A stretch of DNA of 63,840 nucleotides, the filler included, from a bacterium (GTDB taxonomy: Bacteria > JADJOY01): NCBI GenBank assembly GCA_046331705.1. It is 4 parts of 4 records of this genome, joined end to end, with 100 filler letters (N's around TTAATTAATTAA, not from the genome) between each part and the next. Parts side by side here need not be neighbours in the genome. Positions count along the whole stretch, not along the records: positions 1 to 18,148 come from JAXLQJ010000092.1; positions 18,249 to 36,273 come from JAXLQJ010000093.1; 2 more parts are not named here. One strand, given 5' to 3'. Both the position numbers and the translations under genes were made by a program. Of this stretch, positions 9,492 to 19,675 are shown piece by piece. How positions within the stretch are numbered: position 1 is the stretch's first letter; each line of letters opens with the position of its first letter. The notes beneath the pieces were generated by a model. The model did not search any database and was not told where the DNA came from. It was given only the letters and a program-made list of their open reading frames with translations.

Positions 9492-11291
9492 TCAAGGGCG
9501 CGGTTCGCCGCTCGGGCGCGAACGAAAGTCGACTCTGCGCAGATCGAAGACCACGAACGCCTCGTCCTGGTACGCGATCGTCGCCGGGGTGAAGCTCGCC
9601 CAGAGCGCATCGCGCGCCGCGCGGTGCTCCCGATCCCAGTACGCCGAGACCTCCGAGCGGATCGGCTCGTAAGCGAAGGACGCGGGCAGCTCGGTCCAGC
9701 CCAGATCGCGTCGCCGCGCCACCAGCAGATCGACACCGGCTGCCCGCAGCGCGCCCAGATCGCCAAACGGATCCTCGGGAAAGAGCGCTCGCGTCACCAG
9801 GCGGGTGCGCGGTCGCACCGTGCGCTCGAGATACTCGCGAAAGAGCGGATGCGAGATCTCCGAAGCGACGAAGATCCGTCGCGGCACCAGCGCGATCAGC
9901 GTGTCGGCATCGCCACGCGGGCTCGCCGCGTATCGCATGGCAAGCGGCTGCGCCGCGAGGAACTTCGCGACGCCGGCGTAGCCGGAGCGCTCGATTCGGT
10001 ATCCCGCCCGCTCGCCGCCGAAACGCACGCTCGCGAGCGCGGCGAGGAGGATGAGCGTCGCGAGCGCGGCGCGGCGGGGAACGGGGCTCGGCGACGTCGC
10101 GATGCGCGCGAGCGCGCGGTCGGCGAGCCACGCGATCGTGCCGAACGCCGCCAGCGGCACCAACGTCCCCAGAAACCGCCGCGGGAAATAGAGACGCGGC
10201 AGCAACAGCCAAGCGGCGACGTTCCACGCCGCGGCGATCGCGACGCACGCGGGGACGAACCACGGCACGTCGCGCCAGCGCGCTCGCGAGCCGCGCCGCA
10301 GCGCTTCCAGGACGATCCCCGTCGCCCCCAGGAACCCGAGCGCCCAGGCGAGCTGCGGTCCCGCTGGCGCGAAGGGAGGCACGCGCACCAGCACCTCCTC
10401 GGGAACGCCGAGGTGAAGCGCCAGCGTGCGCGCGGCCTCGATGACGAGGTTCTGGGGATGCTCGTTTCGAAAGCGCCCGCCTGGGCCGTAGTCGATCGAC
10501 TCGAGGATCTCGGCGCGTGACAGGAACGGGCCGAAGCGTCCTTGCACGGCGCGCGCGTGCTCGACGTCGACGAGCGCGAGCACGCCCGCCACCAGCGCGG
10601 CCGTCGCAACGGGTGCGGCCGCTCGCAGCAGCGCGAGCCGCGTCCGCGCGCGCGGCGCCCGGCGCGCGGCACGCAGCCAACCCACGAGCAAGACCGTGGC
10701 GCCCAGCAGCATGCTCTGCGGATGCAGCAAGCCACCCAACGCGACCAGCGCCGCAGCCGCCCACCAGCATTCGGCGGCCACGCAGGCGACCACGCCGATC
10801 TGGAGCGGCGGAGCGAAGCTTCGCGAGAGTCCCCCCGCCATCTCACGGATCCACGCGACGTCGAGAAACCCCAGGGTCACCAGCAACGGCGCGAACGCCG
10901 AGCGCGGCGAGACGTGCTCTCCCAAGCGCCACAGCGCCACGGCGAACCCCGGGATCAGCGCCAGCCCGACGAGCTTGGCGAGCCGCTCGGGATCGACGAC
11001 GCGCGCGAGCTGCTCGTAGGCCCACGCCAGCACGGGCGGCTGGAAATCGCGTGCGTAGCGCGTCAGCGGATCGGTGCCGGCGAAATCCACGCCGGCGCGA
11101 ACCTGCGTGAGCCAGAAGAAGTTCTGGCGCCAATCGTCGTGGAGCGCATCGGTGGCGAGCACCGGAATCGCGACTCGCCACACGAAGTGCAGCATCGCCA
11201 GCACGGCGAGCCACCGGCACCCGCTTCGCGCCCAGGAGGACGCAACCGGCTGCCCCTCCGTGGGCGCGCGGGATGCCTCGGTCGACGTCAT
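9492..11291 (-). CDS. Polytopic membrane protein, possible GT-C-type glycosyltransferase
   Basis: About 10 TM segments; HDDWRQ acidic pair just after the first TM; ATG at 11291. Confidence 0.6.
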   Translation of the reverse strand: MTSTEASRAPTEGQPVASSWARSGCRWLAVLAMLHFVWRVAIPVLATDALHDDWRQNFFWLTQVRAGVDFAGTDPLTRYARDFQPPVLAWAYEQLARVVDPERLAKLVGLALIPGFAVALWRLGEHVSPRSAFAPLLVTLGFLDVAWIREMAGGLSRSFAPPLQIGVVACVAAECWWAAAALVALGGLLHPQSMLLGATVLLVGWLRAARRAPRARTRLALLRAAAPVATAALVAGVLALVDVEHARAVQGRFGPFLSRAEILESIDYGPGGRFRNEHPQNLVIEAARTLALHLGVPEEVLVRVPPFAPAGPQLAWALGFLGATGIVLEALRRGSRARWRDVPWFVPACVAIAAAWNVAAWLLLPRLYFPRRFLGTLVPLAAFGTIAWLADRALARIATSPSPVPRRAALATLILLAALASVRFGGERAGYRIERSGYAGVAKFLAAQPLAMRYAASPRGDADTLIALVPRRIFVASEISHPLFREYLERTVRPRTRLVTRALFPEDPFGDLGALRAAGVDLLVARRRDLGWTELPASFAYEPIRSEVSAYWDREHRAARDALWASFTPATIAYQDEAFVVFDLRRVDFRSRPSGEPRP

Positions 11292-11414
11292 GGGCGCGCA
11301 CACTGGCAAAGGCCTCGCGACGGCGCAAGCCCGCTCGCCGGCGCGCTGACAATCGAAGGCGATGCTGACAAGCTTCGCGCGTTGCAGCCGAGAAACAGCG
11401 GAGACTCGAAACTC

Positions 11415-13100
11415 ATGGCCAACGATCCGAAGCTCAATGCTCGCAGCCGCGTCGTCACCAGCGGGATCTCGCGTTCCCCCAATCGCGCCATGCTGCGCGC
11501 CGTCGGCTTCAGCGACGCCGACTTCACGAAGCCGATCGTGGGCGTCTCCAACGCGCACAGCACGATCACGCCTTGCAACGCCGGCATCGGCGGGCTCGCC
11601 GCCCGCGCCGAGGAAGGCGTGCGCGCCGCGGGCGGCATGCCGCAGGTCTTCGGCACGATCACGATCTCGGACGGCATCGCCATGGGCACCGAGGGCATGA
11701 AGTGCTCGCTGGTGAGCCGCGAGGTGATCGCCGACTCGATCGAGTGCGTGGTGCGTGGTCAGAGCATGGACGGGCTCATCGCCGTGGGCGGCTGCGACAA
11801 GAACATGCCGGGCGCGATGATCGCCATCGCGCGCCTCGACGTGCCGGCGGTCTTCGTCTACGCCGGCACCATCAAGCCCGGCAGCTGGAAGAGCCAGGAC
11901 CTGACGGTCGTGAGCGTGTTCGAAGCGGTCGGCGCCAAGAACGCCGGGCGGATGAGCGACGAGGACTTCTACGGCATCGAGCGCAGCGCGTGCCCGGGCC
12001 CCGGCGCCTGCGGCGGCATGTACACCGCCAACACGATGTCTTCCGCCATCGAGGCGATGGGAATGAGCTTGCCCATGACGTCGACGATGGCCGCCGAGGA
12101 CGCCGAGAAGGCCGACTCCACCGAGGAGGCGGGGCGGGCGGTGGTGAAGCTGATCGAGCGCCAGCTGCTGCCGCGGCAGATCATGACCCGCGCCGCGTTC
12201 GAGAACGCCATCGCCGTGGTGATGGCCGTGGGCGGATCGACCAACGCGGTCCTGCACCTGCTCGCGATCGCCCACGCGGCCGAGGTCCCGCTCACGATCG
12301 ACGACTTCGAGACCATCCGCAAACGCGTGCCCGTCCTCTGCGACCTCAAGCCTTCGGGCAAGTACGTCGCCACCGACCTCCGGCGCGTCGGCGGCATCCC
12401 GCTGATCATGAAGATGCTGCTCGAGGCGGGGCTCATCGACGGCTCGTGCCTCACGGTGACGGGCAAGACCGTGGCCGAGAACCTCGCGGACGTTCCCGCC
12501 GTGCCGCCGACGGGTCAGGACGTGGTGCGGCCCTTCGATCAGCCGCTCTACGCCGAGGGCCACCTCGCGATCCTCAAGGGGAACCTGGCGCCGCGCGGCG
12601 CCGTGGCGAAGGTGACCGGCCTCAAGAGCCGCCAGATCACCGGTCCAGCGCGCGTCTTCGACAGCGAGGAAGCGTGCATGGAAGCGATCCTCGCCGACCG
12701 CGTCCAGGCGGGCGACGTGCTGGTGATCCGCTACGAGGGACCACGCGGCGGCCCGGGAATGCGCGAGATGCTCGCTCCCACCGCGGCGTTGATCGGCAAG
12801 GGGCTCGGCGACAAGGTCGGCTTCGTCACCGACGGCCGGTTCTCGGGCGGCACGTTCGGCATGGTGGTCGGCCACGTGGCGCCGGAAGCGCAGGAGGGCG
12901 GTGCCATCGCGCTGGTGCACGAGGGCGACCGGATCACCATCGACGGCGACCACAACCGCCTCGACCTGCACGTGTCCGACGAGGAGCTGGCCAAGCGCCG
13001 CGCGGGCTGGAAGGCACCCGCGCCGCGCTACCCGACCGGCGTGCTCGGCAAGTACGGGCGCAGCGCGGCCTGCGCTTCGGTGGGCGCCTACACGGAATGA
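11415..13100 (+). CDS. ilvD: Dihydroxy-acid dehydratase
   Basis: [58 protein letters not shown]. Confidence 0.97.
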   Translation: MANDPKLNARSRVVTSGISRSPNRAMLRAVGFSDADFTKPIVGVSNAHSTITPCNAGIGGLAARAEEGVRAAGGMPQVFGTITISDGIAMGTEGMKCSLVSREVIADSIECVVRGQSMDGLIAVGGCDKNMPGAMIAIARLDVPAVFVYAGTIKPGSWKSQDLTVVSVFEAVGAKNAGRMSDEDFYGIERSACPGPGACGGMYTANTMSSAIEAMGMSLPMTSTMAAEDAEKADSTEEAGRAVVKLIERQLLPRQIMTRAAFENAIAVVMAVGGSTNAVLHLLAIAHAAEVPLTIDDFETIRKRVPVLCDLKPSGKYVATDLRRVGGIPLIMKMLLEAGLIDGSCLTVTGKTVAENLADVPAVPPTGQDVVRPFDQPLYAEGHLAILKGNLAPRGAVAKVTGLKSRQITGPARVFDSEEACMEAILADRVQAGDVLVIRYEGPRGGPGMREMLAPTAALIGKGLGDKVGFVTDGRFSGGTFGMVVGHVAPEAQEGGAIALVHEGDRITIDGDHNRLDLHVSDEELAKRRAGWKAPAPRYPTGVLGKYGRSAACASVGAYTE

Positions 13101-13102
13101 GG

Positions 13103-13121
13103 CGCCGGCGCTGCGCCGGCG
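13103..13121. terminator. GC hairpin between convergent genes (possible terminator)
   Basis: CGCCGGCG-ctg-CGCCGGCG 8-bp stem right after the ilvD stop; no U-tract. Confidence 0.3.
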
Positions 13122-13125
13122 ATGC

Positions 13126-14280
13126 TCAGTTCGACGCCGCGACCTGGTCGGCGTAGGCGCCGCGCGTGTAGTACTCGAGGATGGCCGCGCGCGTCAGATC
13201 GGCGACGTGCGCCATGCCCTCGTCATCGAGGTGCACCTGTTCCGAGTCGTTGCTGGCGAACCACTGGCGGTTGGACGAGTAGTCGAAGTCGCTCTCGACG
13301 AGCACGGCCTGGTACGCCGCGGGATTGGCCAAGGCTCGGATCACGTTGTTCGCCACGGATCGGCCGCTCGCCATGTCCTGGCGTCGCTCACCGTGAATGG
13401 TGCAGAGGATGGGCTTGGTGCCGGTCGAAGCGACGAGATCGAGCACTTCCGAGTAGGCATCGCGGAAGATCTCGACGTTCTCGTCGCTCGGGTACCAGAG
13501 ATACGAATGGATGTCGTTGAGCCCGAAGCGCAGGAACGCGAAGCGCATCCCGGGATAATCGCGCAAGCCAGCGCTCACCTGGGGCACGGCGTGGTGGTCG
13601 GCGTCCGCGGATTCGGACACGGGCGTATCGGGCTCGGCGAGATTGATCACGTCGAAGTTGCCGAAGAACGCGGAAAGCGCCGGGTCGTTGTCGAGGTAGG
13701 TATCGAGCGACGTGCGGCGAAACGGGATCGGGACCGAGAGGTCCGAGTCGCCGAACGTCGCCATGTAGCCGGTCTTGAGCTTCAACGGGATGTCGAACGA
13801 AAGGTCCTTGGGGAAGAACACACCGAAGCGGACCGAGGCAGGCACCACCGACGTGTCGTAGTCCGGCGGCATTCCATCGAGCGCCAGGCCGTAGTTATCG
13901 GCCACCAGCTGAGCGATCCGGGCCACCCCGTCCGCGCCGGTGATGGGCTCGGCGACGACCGTACCGTCGTGGGTCACCCTCACCTTCACACCGACCAGCG
14001 GATCCCCGTGCGGCGCCTGATGAAGCGTGATCGTGATTCCGGTGATCGTCGGGGGAGGCGGCGGAGGCTCGGGTGTGCCGCCACCGCCGGTCCCGCCGCC
14101 ACCCGTGCCACCGCCGCCGTCGCCGCCGCCACCGTCGCCACCGCCATCCCCGCCACCGTCGTCGGGGGGTGGGGTCGTGGTGGCCCCGCTTCCGCCACAG
14201 GCTGCGGCAGAAAGCACCAGGGCCAGAAGCAGCAGACTCGCGACGATTCGTCGGCTGATGACCTTCACGTTCTCACTCAC
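13126..14280 (-). CDS. Lipoprotein with Gly/Pro linker, carboxypeptidase-regulatory-like domain and SGNH/GDSL hydrolase domain
   Basis: Lipobox-like AAAC; GGGD/GGGT and poly-Pro linker; FGDS, GLND and EQVH blocks. Start is GTG at 14280 or 14268. Confidence 0.75.
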   Translation of the reverse strand: MSENVKVISRRIVASLLLLALVLSAAACGGSGATTTPPPDDGGGDGGGDGGGGDGGGGTGGGGTGGGGTPEPPPPPPTITGITITLHQAPHGDPLVGVKVRVTHDGTVVAEPITGADGVARIAQLVADNYGLALDGMPPDYDTSVVPASVRFGVFFPKDLSFDIPLKLKTGYMATFGDSDLSVPIPFRRTSLDTYLDNDPALSAFFGNFDVINLAEPDTPVSESADADHHAVPQVSAGLRDYPGMRFAFLRFGLNDIHSYLWYPSDENVEIFRDAYSEVLDLVASTGTKPILCTIHGERRQDMASGRSVANNVIRALANPAAYQAVLVESDFDYSSNRQWFASNDSEQVHLDDEGMAHVADLTRAAILEYYTRGAYADQVAASN

Positions 14281-14597
14281 TCGTCGTCGGACGCGTATGG
14301 CGAGCCCACGGCTCGCACGGCGCGCGCTGGGTCGAGGGCGGGCGCCCCCGGGGCTCTGCGATGCATGCCACAGCGTGCCATGCGGACCGGCGTGGGCAAC
14401 AATACTCGCATTAAAATCCTCGGCAAGCACGATTTATCACGCAAAATTGACAATTCGTCTGGATGGCAATCGAACGAACGGTCGACGATCGGGTCGAAAC
14501 ACGCCGCACCCTCTGCTACCATCGCGCGCCCCCGCCGTGACGGCGCGCAGCCGCGCTCGGTGCGGCCCGACCCGAACCACCGAAACGCAACCTCGCC

Positions 14598-15215
14598 ATG
14601 GCCTTTAGCAAAGACCGCTCCAACGTCTATCTCTGGTTCGACTCCGAGTACACGACGCTCGAGCTCGACAAGGCGTGCCTACTCCAAGTCGCGCTCATCA
14701 TCACGGACGCCGAGCTCAAGCGCCTGACTCCCGACCCCGGGTTGGTGATGTACGTCCGCCTGCCACCTGGGCACGAGCCCGCGCCCTGGGTGAAGGAGAA
14801 CCAGGCCGACGTGCTACGCGGATCGGCGGCGCACGGGCTGCCCGTGGCGGAGGTCGATCGCCGGCTCGCCCAGTACGTCGACAACACCCTCGGCGCGCCG
14901 GGAGACGCCGAGCGCTTCCGTCCGATCCTCGCCGGCAACAGCGTCCATTCCGACTGGATCCTCGTGCGGCGTTTCCTGCCCGAGCTCGTCAAGCGCATGA
15001 ACTACCGGCTGCTCGACGTGACCGGCATCAAGCTGCAGTGGGATCAGTACTGGAAGGGAGAGCGCTTCGAGAAGGACACGCCCGAGCTGATTCGTCGCTT
15101 CTTTCCGGAGGCCCAGCTCGAGGCGAACGCGATGCGCCACGATGCGTTCTTCGACGCCCAGGCCTCGATCGCCGAGCTCGCGTACTACCGCTCGCGGCTC
15201 GAGATGCGGCGCTGA
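14598..15215 (+). CDS. orn: Oligoribonuclease (DEDDh 3'-5' exonuclease)
   Basis: WFDSE, AGNSV..D, YRLLDV, HDAFFD..ASIAELAYYR match Orn motifs. Confidence 0.85.
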   Translation: MAFSKDRSNVYLWFDSEYTTLELDKACLLQVALIITDAELKRLTPDPGLVMYVRLPPGHEPAPWVKENQADVLRGSAAHGLPVAEVDRRLAQYVDNTLGAPGDAERFRPILAGNSVHSDWILVRRFLPELVKRMNYRLLDVTGIKLQWDQYWKGERFEKDTPELIRRFFPEAQLEANAMRHDAFFDAQASIAELAYYRSRLEMRR

Positions 15216-15265
15216 CCGGAGCGTCCTCCTCGTCTCCTCCGCGCCGGCCGGCGTCCCCTCGTCGA

Positions 15266-16210
15266 ATGCTCACGCCCACCCGCCTCTTCGATCGACCGAG
15301 CGGCGCGATCGTCACCGAGCAGGTCTTCGGCGGCACGATGCTGTCGCTCGCGTACGAGAGCCGCATCGGGCGAGCCGTGGGGCGCTGGCCGACGCTGCAG
15401 CGCGCGGTCTCGCGCATCGTCGGCTGGTACCAGTCCACGCGCCATTCCGCGCGCGGCATCGCGCCATTCGTGGCCCAATACGGCATCCAGTCCGCCGACT
15501 TCGAGCTGCCCGCGGGCGGCTACCGCACGTTCAACGAGTTCTTCTTCCGCCGCTTGGCGCCGGGCGCGCGCCCCTTCCCCGCGGACACCTCGGTGCTCGG
15601 CGCGGCCGCCGAGGGCCGCCTCAGCGTCTTTCCGATCGCATCGCCGGCCACGCCGCTCACCATCAAGGGCGTGCCCCTCTCGATCGCGACGCTGGTGGGC
15701 TCGGAAGTCACGGCGAACGCGTGCGTCGGCGGCCACGCGTTCGTGTTCCGGCTCTGCCCCGTCGACTACCACCGCTTTCACTTCCCGGACGCGGGCCTAC
15801 CGGAGCCGGCGCGCACCCTGGACGGCCAGCTCCATTCGGTTCATCCCGTGGCGCAGCGCGTGGTGCCCGATCTCTTCCTGCGCAACGAGCGCCAGGTGGC
15901 GGGTTTCTTAAGCGAGCGCTTCGGCCGTCTGGTGCTCGTCGACGTCGGCGCGATGTGCGTGGGCACGATCGTGCAGACGTATCGTCCGGGCGTTCCCGTG
16001 GCGCGGGGCGACGAGAAGGGCTACTTTGCGTTCGGCGGCTCCACCACGATCGTGCTCACCGAGCGGGGACGCGTGGCGCCGGACGGCGACCTGCTCGAGC
16101 ACACGGCGGCGGGCCTCGAGACCCTGGTCCGCGTCGGCGAGCCGGTCGGTCGTGCCATCCCCGCCGAGCCGCGCGTCACGAACCCGCAGGCGAATCCGGG
16201 GTCCTCATGA
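15266..16210 (+). CDS. psd: Phosphatidylserine decarboxylase proenzyme
   Basis: FNEFFFR, RLCPVDYHRFHFP, NER, FGGST self-cleavage site. Confidence 0.93.
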   Translation: MLTPTRLFDRPSGAIVTEQVFGGTMLSLAYESRIGRAVGRWPTLQRAVSRIVGWYQSTRHSARGIAPFVAQYGIQSADFELPAGGYRTFNEFFFRRLAPGARPFPADTSVLGAAAEGRLSVFPIASPATPLTIKGVPLSIATLVGSEVTANACVGGHAFVFRLCPVDYHRFHFPDAGLPEPARTLDGQLHSVHPVAQRVVPDLFLRNERQVAGFLSERFGRLVLVDVGAMCVGTIVQTYRPGVPVARGDEKGYFAFGGSTTIVLTERGRVAPDGDLLEHTAAGLETLVRVGEPVGRAIPAEPRVTNPQANPGSS

Positions 16211-16524
16211 ACGTCGTCGAATGGCAGGGCCGGGTCTCGTTCTCCGACGACAAGATGCAGAAAGTGCCGCTCTTCGACAGCGAGCGCATGTTCTGCGACG
16301 TGTACTGCTTCCGGCCCGGCCAGGAGCAGCGCGCGCATCGCCACGACGCCTCGGACAAGGTCTACGTCGTGCTGCAGGGCTCGGGCACGTTTCGGGTCGG
16401 CGCGGAGGAACGCGTGCTGCGCGCCGGCCAGGCCGTCATGGCGCCCGCCGGTGAAGAGCACGGCGCGCGCAACTCGAGCGACGACGAGCTGGTGGTCCTC
16501 GTGATCATGGCGCCCAAGCCCTGA
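16207..16524 (+). CDS. Cupin domain protein
   Basis: PGQEQRAHRH...YVVLQG...PAGEEHG; ATGA overlap with psd. Confidence 0.88.
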   Translation: MNVVEWQGRVSFSDDKMQKVPLFDSERMFCDVYCFRPGQEQRAHRHDASDKVYVVLQGSGTFRVGAEERVLRAGQAVMAPAGEEHGARNSSDDELVVLVIMAPKP

Positions 16525-16546
16525 CCGACCACCCCGGCCTCTCCTC

Positions 16547-18088
16547 ATGCCGATCGCCTGGGCCGCGCCACTCGCCGCCGCCCTGACGTTCACGAGCGTC
16601 GCGCTGCCGCTCGTGGCGCCGAGCGTGGACGTCGTTCCCGTGCACCCGAGCGTGGCCGCGCGCGGCTGGGTGGCCTTCGTCGCACAGGACGGCAAGAAGC
16701 GTTGCGAGGTGTCGCTCTGGCGCGTCACGAGGGAGCGCGCCGAGGGCGCGTTCCGCCAACCCTGCGAACGCGCCGACGCCTTCTACAACGTGATCCCCGC
16801 GCCGGATGGAACCAGCGCCGAGTTGGTGGCTCTCGGCGCGGACGGCCTGACCCGCGTCTTTCCGGGCCCGCGCGCCAAGCTGGCGCGGCAGCCCACCTTC
16901 GCCGCCGTGCCGCCGACGGTGCGCTCGCCGGGCTCGAATCTGTGGCTCGCGGTGCCCGACCCCACCGCGCCGCTTCGGCTCGCCATCCCGAGCTTCACCG
17001 AGATCGCCATCTGGGAACGGGAGCCGCCCGCCACCGGCGCCACGGAGCCGACCTCCCACGCGGAGCCGAGCGCACGCGAACCGGAGGACGAGCGCTGGCG
17101 CCGCGTCGAGCGCTACCGGATCGCCGTGGACGCGCGCTACAACCCGCGCATCGGCCGCGATTCGCTGTCGCCGGATTTCGCGCTGCTCACGCACCTGCGC
17201 CTGCCGAAGTGGCAGATCGGGCGCATCGCCACCACCACGCCCGCGGGCCTGCTCTACGCCGTCGAGAACGAGGTCACCGGCACGCGCATCCTCGATGGCG
17301 ACGATCCAGGCGACGTGTTCAAGGTCGAGAAGGTGCTCTTCCCCGACGATCCCGAGGGCAACGACCCACGACTGGTGCGGGGCAATCGCATCGAGGACAT
17401 CGACGCGGACGGCAACCTGGACATCGCGATGGTCGCGGCGCGAGGCGGGATCACCCACCTCGAGACCGCCTTCGACGTGTGGTTCGGACCGCTCGACGAG
17501 AGCCTGCAACGCGCGCCCGACGTGCGCTTTCGCGGCACCGGCGCCGCGGTCGGCACCGAGCTGGTGGACGTGGACGGCGACCACAAGCTCGAAGCCCTGC
17601 GCCCCCGGGTGGAGGTGTCGATCGCCGCCTTCGTGCGCATCCTGCTCTTCGGCGAGGTGCGGATCGACTACGACCTCTACGACCTGATCCGCGGCGAGCG
17701 CGACGACGTGGCGCCCTTCTGCTCGTTCGCGCGCAACTTCCCCGTGGACCTCGAGGGGCTCTCGGCCAAGTCCGTGCCGCTCTTCACCACCGACGGGGAT
17801 TTCGACGGCGATGGGCTGCGCGACGTCCTCACCGGCGAGGGGACCAAGGGCTACGCGATCCTGCGCGGTCGCCGATCGGATCCGGGACGGTGGTGCGTCG
17901 CGCCGGGCGAGGCCACGCCGATCCCCGTGACGCGCCCCGAGGCGCTGACCGTGCACGACCTCGATGGCGACGCCGCGAGCGATCTGATCGCCGTTCACGG
18001 CACGGGCGGCAAGGATTCGACGGTGGAGGTGCTGTTCGCCGATCGCACGCCCGGCGCCCCCAGCTTGCGCGCCGAACCCGCCCACTGA
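16547..18088 (+). CDS. Secreted FG-GAP/VCBS repeat protein
   Basis: Repeats DIDADGNLD, DVDGDHKLE, DFDGDGLRD, DLDGDAASD; N-terminal signal. Confidence 0.8.
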   Translation: MPIAWAAPLAAALTFTSVALPLVAPSVDVVPVHPSVAARGWVAFVAQDGKKRCEVSLWRVTRERAEGAFRQPCERADAFYNVIPAPDGTSAELVALGADGLTRVFPGPRAKLARQPTFAAVPPTVRSPGSNLWLAVPDPTAPLRLAIPSFTEIAIWEREPPATGATEPTSHAEPSAREPEDERWRRVERYRIAVDARYNPRIGRDSLSPDFALLTHLRLPKWQIGRIATTTPAGLLYAVENEVTGTRILDGDDPGDVFKVEKVLFPDDPEGNDPRLVRGNRIEDIDADGNLDIAMVAARGGITHLETAFDVWFGPLDESLQRAPDVRFRGTGAAVGTELVDVDGDHKLEALRPRVEVSIAAFVRILLFGEVRIDYDLYDLIRGERDDVAPFCSFARNFPVDLEGLSAKSVPLFTTDGDFDGDGLRDVLTGEGTKGYAILRGRRSDPGRWCVAPGEATPIPVTRPEALTVHDLDGDAASDLIAVHGTGGKDSTVEVLFADRTPGAPSLRAEPAH

Positions 18089-18148
18089 CCCCACGCCGGC
18101 GAGCCACAGCGCGGCGCGCTGCCCCGACCCGGCGCCGAAAAGCGGTGA

Positions 18149-18248
18149 NNNNNNNNNNNNNNNNNNNNNNNNNNNNNNNNNNNNNNNNNNNNTTAATTAA
18201 TTAANNNNNNNNNNNNNNNNNNNNNNNNNNNNNNNNNNNNNNNNNNNN
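18149..18248. other. Artificial contig spacer
   Basis: N-run with central TTAATTAATTAA (stops in all six frames). Confidence 0.98.
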
Positions 18249-18886
18249 TCGGCGTCGCGCTCCTCGTCGGCGTCCTCGTCCTCGACCGGCGGCGCCAGCT
18301 CACCGAGCGCGTACAGAGGATCGCCGACGTAGATCCGTTCCTCCGTGTAGCGATACCGATGAGCTCGCGTGCTCGCGACCCGGAGCAGGCCCTCCGGCGA
18401 TTCTCCCGGACCCACGCGCGGCGGATTGCGGTCCGTCGGCACGGGGGTGGAGCCGTACCAGACGCTGCGATCGGTGGGCGTCACCTCCGCGCCAGCGGGA
18501 AGGATCACGCAGGCGCCCGACGCGTCGCGCAGCACGAACGGCTCGTCACTGGTGTGCTCGGTGAGCGTGCGCCAGGTGGAGCTCTGCGAATCGGAACGCG
18601 CCGAGGACACGTACTCCTCGACCTTGGATCGAGACCAAGCCACCGGCGCACCCGTGAGCCGCGCCGTGAGCACGCGGTCCGGCAGCGCCTCGATCGTTCC
18701 CTCGAGCTCGACGTATCCGGGCGCAGCCGCGCCGAGCGGCGTGGTTGGCATGCGCGCGATGGTGCGCGCCAGTCGCGCGGCACGCAGACTCGCGTAGAGA
18801 CCGATGCCGAGGATCGCCGCGGGGAGCGCGAGCATGCCGAGGAAGACGCCCAACGGCGCCGTCGCAACCCACTCACCCATGGCCAT
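18249..18886 (-). CDS. GIDE-domain membrane protein (3' truncated by spacer)
   Basis: N-terminal TM, PTT...GYVELEG, FVLRDASG, YRYTEERI..GDPLYALG pattern. Confidence 0.7.
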
Positions 18887-18934
18887 GAACCCGAGCCAAG
18901 GCGAGCAGTCGCCGCCCTGCGCTCCGACCGCGCC

Positions 18935-19627
18935 TCACGTCCCGCTGCTACCCGCGAACTTGTCGTCCTCGTCGGCGAACAAGACGTTGAAGCTGGTCAG
19001 CGAGCCATAGCATCCCGTCACGTAGCCTTGCAGCTTGACCTTCAGCACTTCCGGCAGATCGGCGCCGTTGATCTGCTGCTCGAGCACCCGCAGCCGATCG
19101 CGGATCATCACGACCTTGTGAAAGAGCGTGTCGATCGGCCAGCTCTTCTCCTGCAAGCCCGGCTTCCCGGGCTTGAGGATCACCTCTCCGCCGCGCCACT
19201 TGTCCGCGGGAACGGCGGGGCCGAGCCCCGTCTCCTCGCGGATCACGCGCCGCAGCAGCAGCTCGAGATCGGCGACGGTCGCACCCGAATCACCCGTCGT
19301 GATGGACATCGTGGCGAACCTCCTCTCGCGCTCGGTGACGATGGGTAGCACGCCGGGACGCCAGCCGCGTGCACCAGCCGCGGCGGGCTCCGGCGCACGC
19401 GCGGCCGAGGGCGTCGCAGCGGCGCGCGGGCTCGCCGGCGGCAGCGCGTCCTCGTCACCGGCGTGGCGATAGTTGTGCTGGCTTCCGCAGGTGTCGCACA
19501 CCACACGGATGGGCACGCCACGCTCGCCCGCCACGATCACGTGGTGCGCGCGCACGTCCTTGCACACGCGGCACCGATCGTCGATCGCATCGCCTGCGCG
19601 GTACATCCGGGGGCTCGAGTCGGACAT
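18935..19627 (-). CDS. Conserved hypothetical protein with N-terminal Zn-ribbon
   Basis: CRVC..H and CDTC...H; C-terminal helical domain FHKVVMIRDRLRVLEQQIN...YGSLTSFNVLF. Confidence 0.8.
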   Translation of the reverse strand: MSDSSPRMYRAGDAIDDRCRVCKDVRAHHVIVAGERGVPIRVVCDTCGSQHNYRHAGDEDALPPASPRAAATPSAARAPEPAAAGARGWRPGVLPIVTERERRFATMSITTGDSGATVADLELLLRRVIREETGLGPAVPADKWRGGEVILKPGKPGLQEKSWPIDTLFHKVVMIRDRLRVLEQQINGADLPEVLKVKLQGYVTGCYGSLTSFNVLFADEDDKFAGSSGT

Positions 19628-19675
19628 GGCCGGGCTCCGGGGGAAATCGTCGCGACGCTGACCGTGGCGCGAACG

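Noticed and set aside
14050-14180. CCGCCGCCA-type tandem repeats
   Set aside because: They encode the Gly/Pro linker of the lipoprotein. No spacer structure, so not a CRISPR array.
14367-14381. TGGCACG-like sigma54 site on the minus strand upstream of the SGNH lipoprotein
   Set aside because: The GG-to-GC spacing is 9 nt, not the required 10.
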